Positions 48,029 through 58,884 of a DNA stretch of 64,000 bases are shown here, in pieces (the stretch's first letter is position 1; each line of letters begins with the position of its first letter). The position numbers and the translations under genes are program-made. The notes beneath the pieces are model-generated. The model saw only the letters and a program-made list of their open reading frames with translations, ran no database searches and was not told the origin of the DNA. The DNA is from Lophium mytilinum (lineage: Eukaryota). The stretch is taken from contig MU004194.1 in assembly GCA_010093605.1 (NCBI GenBank), positions 1,030,323 through 1,094,322 of the forward strand, read 5' to 3'.

Positions 48029-49973
48029 ATGTCGGGCGCTGAAGTGGGTGGTCTGGTCCTTGGTGGCATCAGCCTCGCAATCGCAGCTGTCGAGCATTAC
48101 AACAACCTCTCTCAGACTGCCCACGGCCTCAAAAACTATCATTGCACACTTCAGCAACTAAAACTCAACCTCATCATTCAGCAGGATCAACTTAAGCAAT
48201 CTCTAAAGCAGCTAGGGTTCGATGACTTTTCAATCCCTTCCACACGTCATGCGCTACAAGACCGTATCTACTGCGGCCGTCCAGACCTCGAGCACCCCGA
48301 AATGGTAGCTGTGATTATCTAGTCCATCAAAGAAATGATAGAAGGACTAAGGGAGAAACTCAAGAAATGCGACGATACGCAGCGTAAAGTGAGTGCATCC
48401 CATGAATGTTTGCACAACTGACATTGACTGACCAGCATCAGAGTAAACCGGCGAAGGCGTGGAACCGGTTCAAGCATACATTCACCGCGAAATTCCGCAA
48501 AGGACTAATGGAAGATCTACAACACTCTAATTCCATGTTGGCCCACTACGTCAAGAGATCAAAAATAGCACGACACACTTTTGACATCGTCCCAGTCATC
48601 CAGGAAGCCCGGTCTCAACACTCGTCTTCAAAATGTGATGCAATGCGGGTCCATGCTTTGGCGGTATTCGACTCTTTCAAGTCCTGCTGGAAATGCTCTT
48701 GCGTCGATCCTCACCAAACCGGGATACGATTCGATAGTTCACCTTCGACTTCTCATGCTCCAGTCTTGGAGGTGGCATTCAGGACTTTCGACACTCCGCA
48801 CGGGCAAGATCCGCTTCCTCAGCATGACGACGAGACTCCGTGCTGGATCGAGACAGTCGCAAAATTCGAGACCGTAGCAAGGCCAGATCTTAGACCCGAT
48901 CTCGACACATCCAGTGCTTCGTCGGCCTCAGCATCACAGCAGTTTTCCCAACGCAAACTAGGCAAGATGCCGGAAAAGCAATATGCTCAGTTTACGTCGC
49001 AAATGTTGCAACAAAAGAAGAAATCTGTGTCTGGCCAAACCTCAGCTCAGCTAAATGTCCTTACTTCGAAACCTGGCGCTATGGCCTCAATCAGTAAGCA
49101 ATGAGCTTCTAAGCTAGAACCTTCGTTCAATATCAACAGCTAACGAAAGACCTATCAGCAAAGCCAACTGCACCTGAAGTCGAGTGCTTGTGTGCAGCCC
49201 TTCGTCGACAGGATTTCCAGGAAGGTGGCTTATCTCGAGTTAAGGCCAGCTCCAAACGGCGAATCATGATTACAGTCACCAATACGGAATCCAAACCGCA
49301 CCTAACTCGATACCAGACACTCGATTCTTTTATCGGTCTCTCCGGACGTTTTGACCTGATATCTCGTGTCCAGCGCCTCGATATAGCATATGCTATGGCT
49401 ACCATGCTTCTCCACCTCGGTGAAACACCCTGGCTCAATCCGAAATGGGGTAAAGAGCATATTGGTCTAGCACTCGGGAAACAAGACGCGACACCGAACA
49501 TAATTCCTCAAGACGTCCGCGTCCTCCACGAGTTCCAGTCCCAAGCCAGCCCTGTATCTCCTTCGCGAAACCTTATGGAAAATTCTGGGAGAATTAACTC
49601 GCTGGGAAACCCTAATCCAGCTATGCTTTCTCTGGGTATCCTACTCATTGAGCTTTGCTTAAATGAAGATCAGTCTGCGCTTCTCAGCGCAGCTTTCAGC
49701 GGCTCCTTTTCGCCTGATACCCGAGAACGCAAGATCTGCGAAATCATTGAGCGGGTCTACCTTGAAGGTGGTAATTTTTATGGCGCTGCTACAGAACGAT
49801 GTCTCCGATGCCAGTTCACCGGTCCTGCTGCAACGAAGACCTTTTTAGACAGAAGTTTCCAGGAAAACTTCTTCAAGGACGTGATAGCGCTGCTACAGGT
49901 GACCTACGAAGTATCGCGCGATACCACTAGGCTTTCGGGAACTCGCAGTCCGAGTCTACAAAATTCGACGTAG
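48029..49973 (+). pseudogene. HeLo-like N-terminus plus kinase-like C-terminal helical domain, single premature TAG
   Basis: MSGAEVGGLVLGGISLAIAAVEHY N-terminus; in-frame TAG at 48320-48322. Introns 48389-48435 and 49094-49158 otherwise give an intact frame through QRLDIAYAMA..TPWL..LSLGILLIELCL..YGAATERCLRCQF. Confidence 0.6.
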
Positions 49974-50194
49974 ACTATGTCATGATCTAACTTCCTGCAA
50001 TGTATGCACACAGTACATTTTATTGCCGCTACTCACGACTTTCTATCATTTCATGAAACTTCGAGTCAGTTCAAGTCACCATATATCACGAGCAACGACT
50101 CCACGCAGCCATCAATACAAAAAACACTAATTAAATTGATGCGAAGAAGAACCGAAAGCTTTTCATCCACGTTTCATCCATTCGTCCCGATTAC

Positions 50195-51894
50195 CTAGAC
50201 CTTGATAGCAAACTGCTTCAAGTACTCATAATCCGGAATGTTCGCCTCAACCGTCTCCTTGATGACCTTCGCGCCCTCCTCGCCAAACTTGTCCGTCCAC
50301 TCGGCATAGAGCTGCTCGTCGCTCTTAGGCGATTTCTTCTACAACTCCATTAGCGCAGTACCCAGAAACCACCTCTCCACGGGCAACTCACATGCAGCCT
50401 AGGCTTCAACTCAGTCGAATCAATCGCATCCTCATGAAACCCCTTCCACTTCTCAAACGCCTCCTTCGCAATGCGATGGTCCTCCTCAGACTCCCACTTC
50501 AGCATATCCGGCGTATACTCCAGCCCCACACTGCGGCAATACTCCTTGATCATGCCCGACGGGTTATCCAGCAGATCATCAGCATCAACGACACAAATCT
50601 CGACACCGCTGCCTTCTTTGCCCTCTTGGCCCGGCTGTCCCGCAACCTTCGGCCCCACCTCCCCGATCTCCCTCAAGTAGTCGAACACGCGGCGGACTTC
50701 ATCGTAGCCGGCCTCGCTCGGCATGAAGTTGTAGAAGCCGGTGACTTCGTCCAGCGGCGGGACCGTGCAGCGGAAGTAGCTCGGGATGCTGGCGCGCGGG
50801 TGGCGGATCAGGAAGGTGAAGTGGAAGCTCTTCAGCAGCTCAGTCGGGACAACGGTGGGGTTCCCCGGCTCGGGTTTGGTGTTATAGGGGTATGGCGGCC
50901 CGCTGTCAGAGGAGGGGGAGGAGATGGGCGGGGTGGGGAGGGAGGTCGTGTCGGTGCCGACGCCGCGTTTGTAGGATGCAAGGCTGGGGGCGATGGAGGC
51001 AGGCGCGCCGGAGGGTGGGACGAGGTAGTGGGTGATGTCTTTGATGAAGAGGCGTTTGCCCTGAGGAGTGTCAGGTTACGTAGGGACTTTTGAAGCCAGC
51101 CTTGGCAGGAAAATCGAACGGTATTGGCATGGTTGGGATGGCAATGAAAGACAGGGAATAGATGGGCTTGGTTGAGATGGTAGAAAGAGGTGATGTAATA
51201 GTGCTGTCGAACCGTGTGACGATTTGAATGGTGGTAAGGGAAAGGGGACGAAAAGGAAGGTGATCTCAAACACGGCACGAGAAGTGTCGTGTGACTCTTG
51301 GCCAGCGAGCTGAATCGCGGAGTGCTTGCGTGCGTGGGGGTGCAGGGTGTGCGATGGCCCGCAGCTGCAGTATGCAGGGCATGCGTTGGATGGGGTCTGG
51401 GGTAAGACAGATATGGAATCTGGAGGCAAGGAGAGGAAACACGTGACCATGCACAGAATCTCAAATGGGAGAAGGAATAACGTAACAATTATCATATTTC
51501 TTGACTCGAGAAGTAGAAAAGCAATATAGAGTATGCGGTATTTTTTGAGGAGGAATAAGAAATAATGGGAGAAGAAGGGATCGAACCTCGGTGTTCTCCC
51601 TCTCGATTCTATCAAAGATGGTCTTGAAAGTGCTCTCTGAGAAGCCACTGGCGACTCTCTCCTTCTCATCCTTCTCGTAGCGCTCGCTCAGTCGCTCCGG
51701 GCCGAAATAGAAGGCATCGCCAAAAGGCTCGTGGACGCATTGCAGTGTGTCTCGTCGGGTCATAAACACCTATATTGTAGTCATGAGCTCAGGTGCCAAG
51801 ACATTGAAAGAAGATAAATCTCTCGTCTTACCCTCTCAAACGCAGTTGAGCAGGCCCGCGGATGGGTCGCTACGAAAATGGGTTTGGTCGACAT
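50195..51894 (-). CDS. Sulfotransferase-like P-loop fold protein
   Basis: MSTKPIFVATHPRACSTAFER|VFMTRR..CVHEPFGDAFYFGPE, GKRLFIKDI, FTFLIRHPRASIPSYF, VVDADDLLDNP. Introns 51831-51770, 51586-51061, 50391-50339. Confidence 0.85.
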
Positions 51895-53683
51895 AGCTAG
51901 ATCTGTATTTCAAGATCGTGATGTCGTTGAAGGAAGAAGGTTGTAACCGCGATGACGGGGGCTCAAGTATATAGTACTCTCCCGAAAGTGCCGCCGACGT
52001 ACTTGCTACGGCACTAGAAAACTGCGACCTTGCAAAGCCGGGAAGGGGCCGAGGAGATGGGGATCTGGCGGAGCACAGAATTGTGGGGTGGGCCAGTAGT
52101 GATGGAGCTTGAAAGGCGCGGAGGAGGGCTCCTAGTTATGTGTTTGGGCAGCGATTCCAGACGCGCCGTGAGCGCGTGAGGCGGCCATGAAGCCTCGATA
52201 ACGCAGTGTGACTTGTGCTGGCCGTGGGGTGGTGCAAACATACTTCGTTTGGGGGGGTTGTTAGAACAGCACGCAATAGCATTCGCAGCGTCAATTGGCA
52301 GTTGTCGGAGCACTCAGCCTGGGGGCGTGCAAAAGCCGTACGCCCCACTAACGCCACCGGGTCTGGGCCGGACAGGGAGCTGTGAATGGTGCGTGATGGT
52401 GGGTGGCCAACAACGTCACGACGTGGAGGTCGCCTATGCCCATTCGGCTAGCGGCCCGACGGACTTGGTGTTGAGTTCCGACCTGCCGACCTCCGTCTCC
52501 CATGCCATTGTCAACGCCTCTACACCTCCATCATCCATCGACATCCATCAATTGTAGCGCGATGAGCATGCTATGGACACTACAGGCGTCTATGCTATCA
52601 AAGACTTCTTAGCATCTGGAGATGGGACCGCCCTCAAGAACCGCAAACCCTCCAAGTTTGTCTAACAGTGCTAGGTTGGAGATATAAGTAGACATCATAT
52701 CTTGAGTTTCGGACCCCTTTAGACACTGCGGATAGTGTCAAGGTGATGTGTTTGGGCGCAGCTTAGATGGATATCGGCCTAGATCACGAGGGAGTACATC
52801 GTACACCCTGTCCTACGTGCTAACACTAAGAGCGTTCTTTTCCAATTGAGACTGTCCCTTTCATCACGTATAACAGCAACACTTCCAGTTCATCACGACA
52901 TCCATACAGCTCGGAGCATAGAATTTTGGGTCGTGCTTGGCCATGGGTTAGCAAACGGTTGCCCAGCTGAGATGCCTCATCACCTTTTTATACCTCCAAG
53001 TCGATCGCAGATTGTTGGGGGCTACTTATCAGACGTAGGCTGCGACCAGCAGTACTATCCAGGTAGGGATTGGGATTCAGCAATGACAGACCCAATTCAA
53101 GAGCCTCATTCGTTTACATTCATTACTCCTCTCGGGTTACTTCCAACTGTATCAGTCCAATTCGAAATGCATTTTTAAGTACACTATCTGATTTATTTCT
53201 ATTTTTACCGTTATGTTTGTTCGCAGTCCCACTGCAACTGCTGGAATTGTTGAGACGGGCGCGCCCATTTTGGAGCAGCTTCTCAAAGAGTGCACTCGCT
53301 CAACGATCCGCATTGCTATACATCCGCGCCGAACTATACGAAAGGCTATTGAGCCCACTTCGACAATATCTTGCATTAAGCGAGTACGTTCCAGAGGGTA
53401 GAAGAAGAGGCTAGATCTTCACTCGCTTCAGTTCTCGCACTTACCCGCTGCGTTAACGCCAAGCCTCACCACTTCAGGGTGAAGTTTGTATCGCAATCAC
53501 GTGTTTCACGCTCCCTCCTGCTACCACCTTCACTTTTCTGCTTCTCAAGTCATTTTAACCGCTCCGGAGCCTGCTTGCCGACTTACCTTCTGGTCTTCTC
53601 CCTCCTCTCTTCCTCGAACCACCTCCAATCTCCAACTTCCCTCCACCCTCCTCTCTCCTCCCAACTTCCAACCCTCCACCAAA

Positions 53684-55177
53684 ATGCTGCCTACCACTAG
53701 GCTCATCCAGACGGCAACTCGCCAGGATCTGACCCCCATGGACAGGTTCCTCAACGAAGGAGAGACTGACTTCCGGGCCCGTGAGCCCGAAGAGATCCCC
53801 CAGGATGACGGCAGCCTACACACTGAAGGCCTCTCAGAAGAAGATCTTCCTGCTAGAGCCCGGCCCACTGCAATGAGGGGTCCGGAGATCGTCCGCTATG
53901 TGCCCTACAAGAAGGAGATCGTTTCCTTCAAGACCCCCAATGTCATCAAGACCCACTCTGCGATCCGCGAGAACCTACGTCAGCAATGCGAATTGAACCG
54001 CATCAACTGCCACACCCTCCTTACTGTCGTTCGCGAAGATGCCGCCAGGACGGAACTCCCTGGCTGTGGCGACGTCTTCTACCTCGAGTCTGTTCTTAGA
54101 ACGGGCGCCTGCATGATCATATTCATGGCACCCGAGGACTCCACCATGGTCTGGATCACTTGGTCTGAGCACCCCTTTCCTGGCGGCGAAAATGGACCAG
54201 TCTTTCAATACTTCCAGAAGCTCGTCGACACTGGCGAGCTCCACGTCAGTACGTCCTATCTCCCTGGGGCAAGCGACCACAAAGCTGTCTACGAGCTTGC
54301 CAACATGGCGACGATGTATGCGAAGAACCCAAACCCAATAGCCCGCCTCAACGGGTACCAAGACTACGACGTCATTGAGTACGCCCAACAGAGTGCTCTG
54401 GTGGATGTCATTACGCGCAACACCTTCACCCAGCCGATAACCGTACCCAAATCACATGGTTTCGATGCTTACGTCGAGAACTTTCACGAGGAGGAATATC
54501 CCAGCGACCGTCTCGAGAGGATCTTAGCCTCGTATGGGATAGCTACGTCGGTGCTAGAGGGAGAAGACGAGGATGATGAGCCATACTGGAACCAGCCCCC
54601 GCCTCAGGTCCGCCCGACTATTCACGAAGGCTTGCTCGTCCCGAACTGGCTCCTTCGTGATCCCGAGACAGGCGCGTTCAGGCAGGACCGGGGGCACACC
54701 TACGCCCGTTGGGTTGGCGACGGATGGGTCACTCTCCCTACTCCTGCTGAAGTGGACGAAGCAACCCAGGCTGACGAAGCAACCCAGACTGACGTACCAG
54801 GGTACGAAATGGTTCAAGCCGCTGTTCAAGTCGGCGAAGCAACCCAAGCTGGCATACAGGGGGACGAAATGGTTCAGGCTGGTATGCAAGTCGGCGAAGC
54901 AACCCAGGCTCGCGTATATGGGGACTACGTAGTTCAGGCCGGTGTGCAAATCCGCGAAGCAACCCAAGCTGGTGCACAAGGGGACGACGTAGTTCAGGCT
55001 GGTGCGCAAGGTGACGAAGCAACTCAGGCTGGTGCGCAAGTGGAGGAAGACGAATCTCCGGATTCGGTCGAGGTTCGTGTCGCTATCCCCGCTTACATCA
55101 CCGACCCCCCGATCAACACGTTGTACCACTATATTGCCCCACGTTTTGACGATCTTGGCGGGGACTACTTATACTAA
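53684..55177 (+). CDS. Orphan protein with C-terminal 10/20-aa tandem repeats
   Basis: Long intronless ORF with first ATG at 53684 after a pyrimidine-rich leader; repeat array EATQAG.QGD..VQAG.QVG. Confidence 0.7.
   Translation: MLPTTRLIQTATRQDLTPMDRFLNEGETDFRAREPEEIPQDDGSLHTEGLSEEDLPARARPTAMRGPEIVRYVPYKKEIVSFKTPNVIKTHSAIRENLRQQCELNRINCHTLLTVVREDAARTELPGCGDVFYLESVLRTGACMIIFMAPEDSTMVWITWSEHPFPGGENGPVFQYFQKLVDTGELHVSTSYLPGASDHKAVYELANMATMYAKNPNPIARLNGYQDYDVIEYAQQSALVDVITRNTFTQPITVPKSHGFDAYVENFHEEEYPSDRLERILASYGIATSVLEGEDEDDEPYWNQPPPQVRPTIHEGLLVPNWLLRDPETGAFRQDRGHTYARWVGDGWVTLPTPAEVDEATQADEATQTDVPGYEMVQAAVQVGEATQAGIQGDEMVQAGMQVGEATQARVYGDYVVQAGVQIREATQAGAQGDDVVQAGAQGDEATQAGAQVEEDESPDSVEVRVAIPAYITDPPINTLYHYIAPRFDDLGGDYLY
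54752..55046 (+). repeat. Coding tandem repeat, 30-bp unit with 60-bp higher-order period
   Basis: cgaagcaacccaagctgg / ggggacgaaatggttcaggctgg recurring in register at 60-bp spacing. Confidence 0.9.
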
Positions 55178-55889
55178 CAATTGCGACCTGGTGGGCAGCT
55201 CGAGTATCGGGACGTCTGAACAATCACTTTGCTGGTTGGGTTGCGGCTGTGAGGTGGCTTCGTGGTGTTCTTACGATGTTCAAGGTGGCTTCATATAGGT
55301 TCTGATTTGGACTGTCTCTCCTCTACTCTTTGTCATGTACCCTAAAACGAACTTGATTTTGGGTGAGTTTTGGCGGGAAGGATCAAGGTGTAGGGGTGGC
55401 TCCGAGGGATTTGCGACATGGCCAAAATGGCACCATGCAGGCCCGGGATTTGGCCTTTGCGGAATCGGGTTTAAGATTTAGCTTCCAATATATTATCCAA
55501 TCAACATCGTCCTTGCTAGCTGTGACACTGCACCAAGGTCCCTCAATGGCTTATCAAAGAGAGCAAAACACTAGCATCACTCTACCAACATCCACAGCTC
55601 TATAACAAACACGTGGAAAAAGCCCCCAATGCGCACTACTCGGGAATCAGAAGCGTTTTCATCTCCTTTTGACAGCCATGTCAACTCTCGTAACGCCCCC
55701 GGCCTTTGCGAGCTTATTGTGTCTTCGTACAGCTTGCCTGAAAGGATACAGCACTGAGGTGGCCTTAATAGCCTATCAATGATAGCAAAGCGATTACAGC
55801 ACTCAGCTCAATACCCTTCTCTCGATCGGCACTACGTGTATATATCTCGAAATAGCTACGCATCGGATTTCAAAAGGAATTCGTTATCG

Positions 55890-56585
55890 TTTTGACAACC
55901 CGGCCAACCAATCCTGGCACCCCGGGGCCAACTACGTAGAGACCGTGTTTGTACTACTTGCAAACTACGATAATGCATCAAAGTGGCTTTAATACCCTAT
56001 CAAAGGTAGCAAAACAAGACCGCAGTCCTAGGCCACAAGTCTAGGCACACGGACTCGGCTCCAATTTGCCCACTCAACACCACTGTTAGGGGTAGCCTGA
56101 CTGCTGAGCAGGCAACTAGTCAAGAGGCAGTCTAATCTGCACTGCTTGAAGTTTGACATCGCCGTTGAGTATTTGAAACCCTGTGGGGTACCCCAAGCAG
56201 TGGTGTACCAGTGTGCCCAGACTTGTGGCCTGTCACTGTAAAAAGCTTCCTTTATCCATCGTTCTATCCTGACTACGTGAATCTACCCTGGATCGCAACC
56301 CCTCAAGAATTAGAAGCCCCAACCCTTGTGTTTGACAACTCGGTCAATCCGCCCTACCCCCCCGGGACCTACTACGCAGACACCGTGTTTATACTCCTTG
56401 CTTAGTACGACAATGCCTTAAAGTAGCTTGAGTACCTTCACGGAGGTAGCAAAATAAGACTAAGAGGCTTTAATTATCCATCGTTCTATCCTGACTACGT
56501 GAATCTACCCCTAGGTTGCCACCCCTCAAGAATTAGAAGCTCTAATCCTTCATATTGACAACCACATCAACCGACCCTTCCACCC
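55890..56585 (+). repeat. Degenerate ~222-bp tandem repeat (about 2.2 units, pseudo-coding) interrupted by a MITE
   Basis: tatccatcgttctatcctgactacgtgaatctaccc at 56253 and 56475; ttgacaac...accgtgttt...ggtagcaaaa.aagac present in two units. Confidence 0.85.
56023..56238 (+). mobile_element. MITE copy with 28-bp imperfect TIRs
   Basis: CAGTCCTAGGCCACAAGTCTAGGCACAC ... GTGTGCCCAGACTTGTGGCCTGTCACTG|TA; internally similar to 37283-37509 (ggtagcctg.ctgctgagcag, agtcaagaggcagtctaat). Confidence 0.85.
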
Positions 56586-56591
56586 CTAACC

Positions 56592-58274
56592 CTACGCATC
56601 CGAAACCTTCCTCGCCACCCAGAAAGAAGGCCGATATGTATTCACGAGCATACTCCTCGGATTCTGCATATACCCACTCTCCACCATCCCCGTCTCATGC
56701 CGCTCAACCTTGAACCCAAAATGCTCCACCAGCTTCACAACCTCCTCATCCGTCAGCTCCACAGCCCCTGGCTCCGCAACCCCGCGATCCATATCCCTTT
56801 CCTTCCCCCCCTCCTGATTCTCCGAAGTCCCCTTAGCAACATGATGCCACAGCAACGGCCCCAGATTAACCCACACGCCCCCTTCCTTAAGACAATGCCG
56901 CACGGCCTCAATATACCGAATCACATTCGGCGCCGTGTCGATAAAGAACACCGTCGCCACCGCATCAAACCGCCCCTTCTCCCCCTCCGCTCCGCCCCGC
57001 CCGTCCTCACCAGGCCCGTACAGCACGCAGAAGTCCCCGCTGCACATGCTCATCCGCTCGCTCGCGTGGACCCGGCTTCCGCTACCCCCATCCGCCAGCA
57101 CCGCGCGCGGGAGCACATCCGGCACCGGAAACGTCTGCATCTGGTCCTCACGACTACGGTGATTCGACCCCCCAAGCGCAAAAGGCGCAATCGTGAACTC
57201 GCCGGCACGGGTCGTGTGATTCAGGACTAGCGAGGAGGCCATGAGCTCGTGATACGAGATCTCGTTGCCCTCAACCGCGAAGCCGGCGCGCACGAGGTCG
57301 AAGACTAGGCGGGCGAGGCCGGCGCCGGGGACGAGCACTTGCACGGCGTTGAGATCCGGGTTGGCGGGGGTAGAGAACTCGGCGACCAGGGTGGAGATGA
57401 CGGGGCCGAAGCAGGCGGCGCGCTCGACGGAGCCGGCGGCGCTCCAGTCGCGGTAGAATTGGTTGATGCAGCTGCGGGCTTTGTCGCAGTCGGTTGGCGT
57501 GGCTTTGGCGCCTAGTTCGTCGAGCAGGGCGGAGCAGATGCCTAGGTCGTCGGAGGCGTCGAGGCGTTTGGACGAGATGATGGAGGCGATGAGGGAGGGG
57601 GGGAGGTGGGGGCTGACGAAGGCGCGGAAGCCTGTGATGAAGATAGCGTCGGCGAGGTCGGCATTGGCATCGACGAGAGTGTCGAGACGGTCTAGGGAGG
57701 AGAGGATGTTGAATGGAGGTGCCGCGAGGAGGGTCCAGTGCGCGGAAGGGAGGGCGTAGAAGGCTTGGCGGCGGGTGTGGGTGCCGTGATGGTGGGCAAG
57801 GCGGCGGTAGGAGCTAGGAGGGTTTAGCAATGATGTTTGTGACTCGGGGGCGGTGTAAGGGGTTGAGAGTTCGGGTTATTGGAGTGCTTCTAGATAGTGT
57901 TGGAGAGACTGATGCTTAGAGATCGACGTGGAGAACGGCTAGCACAAAATAACGAGCAAGCGGGGTGTTTTCGCGTTTCAAGTACACCGATGGTTCTTTG
58001 CTGCGGTAAGATGGTATTAAGAAACTGGTTCGGAGTTCCTTAAGGCGTGTGGGTGCATGATAGGGAAGTCTGGAGCAGATTTTTCTTGAGATGCTTGAAA
58101 GAAGGAAAAGTGGACTGAATCAGATTCTGTGATGACAATCATTCTTGTGAAACAACGGAAACACGAAACCACATGAGCCTACCGGAATGAGTCTAAGATA
58201 GAGAGTATGTGCCGCTGTTCTTCAGGGTCTTCAAGCGGGTCATATTCTCCGCGCCACTCCCCGGCCGCCGCCAT
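56592..58274 (-). CDS. N2227-domain SAM methyltransferase (carnosine N-methyltransferase/CARNMT1-like)
   Basis: Exon 1 MAAAGEWRGEYDPLEDPEEQRHILSILDSFR; intron 58182-57814; QFYRDWS..ER, VLVPGAGLARL, EGNEISYH, TVFFIDTAPN, WVNLGPLLWH. Confidence 0.9.
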
Positions 58275-58884
58275 AGTGAGATCTGAGTCTCAGATCTACT
58301 TTGAAACACAGGTTTTTAGACGGTGAGCCCTTCGAAGCCGAACTATCATTCTTTTTGATGTGTTTGGTGTATATTTTTGCTTGTCAGAAGTTAGCTGCAG
58401 ACATAGTGAAAATGGGAGATGAAGATGTCGCTCGGTAGTTCTAACCTCTTCTGCGGAGCACGTGATGACGATCCGTCATGCATAGACTTCTGTGAACATT
58501 CACCTGATTTTGTTACTCACTAATTAGGTTGTTTGGAGCATTCAATGATAAATATAAGAGAGCCGGATTCTGAAAACACATCTTCACGTCCAAAACTAAT
58601 CGGATGCTTGCGTGTGCTAGAAGAGAAATATATTGCGCTACAAGGCATCCTGGTATCTCGACCTATGAAAAAAACCGCTTCCAGTCCTTTAGCTACAAGA
58701 GCTGCCGCTATCTCATGAATAGAATGCTTGCCCAAGCTTTTGAACTCCATCATAAATATATGTACAAAGCGTCGTTGCCGCAATGAATCTCCGACGACGC
58801 TCTTCTTCACTTCTTGGTTCTTCACTCGAAGTCCCTTTGAGCCCCCTCTTCCGAGCTCCTTTGAGACCCCTCCTCTGAGCTTCT

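Noticed and set aside
51061..51586. TPP riboswitch in the long intron
   Set aside because: Only a TTGAGAT near-match; no CTGAGA core or GATAATxCC/GCGxAxGG elements, and the host gene is not evidently thiamine-related.
53486..53683. N-terminal extension of the repeat protein
   Set aside because: Non-ATG start and pyrimidine-rich 5' UTR-like sequence.
54752..56585. CRISPR-like array
   Set aside because: Eukaryotic DNA; the repeats are contiguous tandem units without unique spacers, and there are no cas genes.
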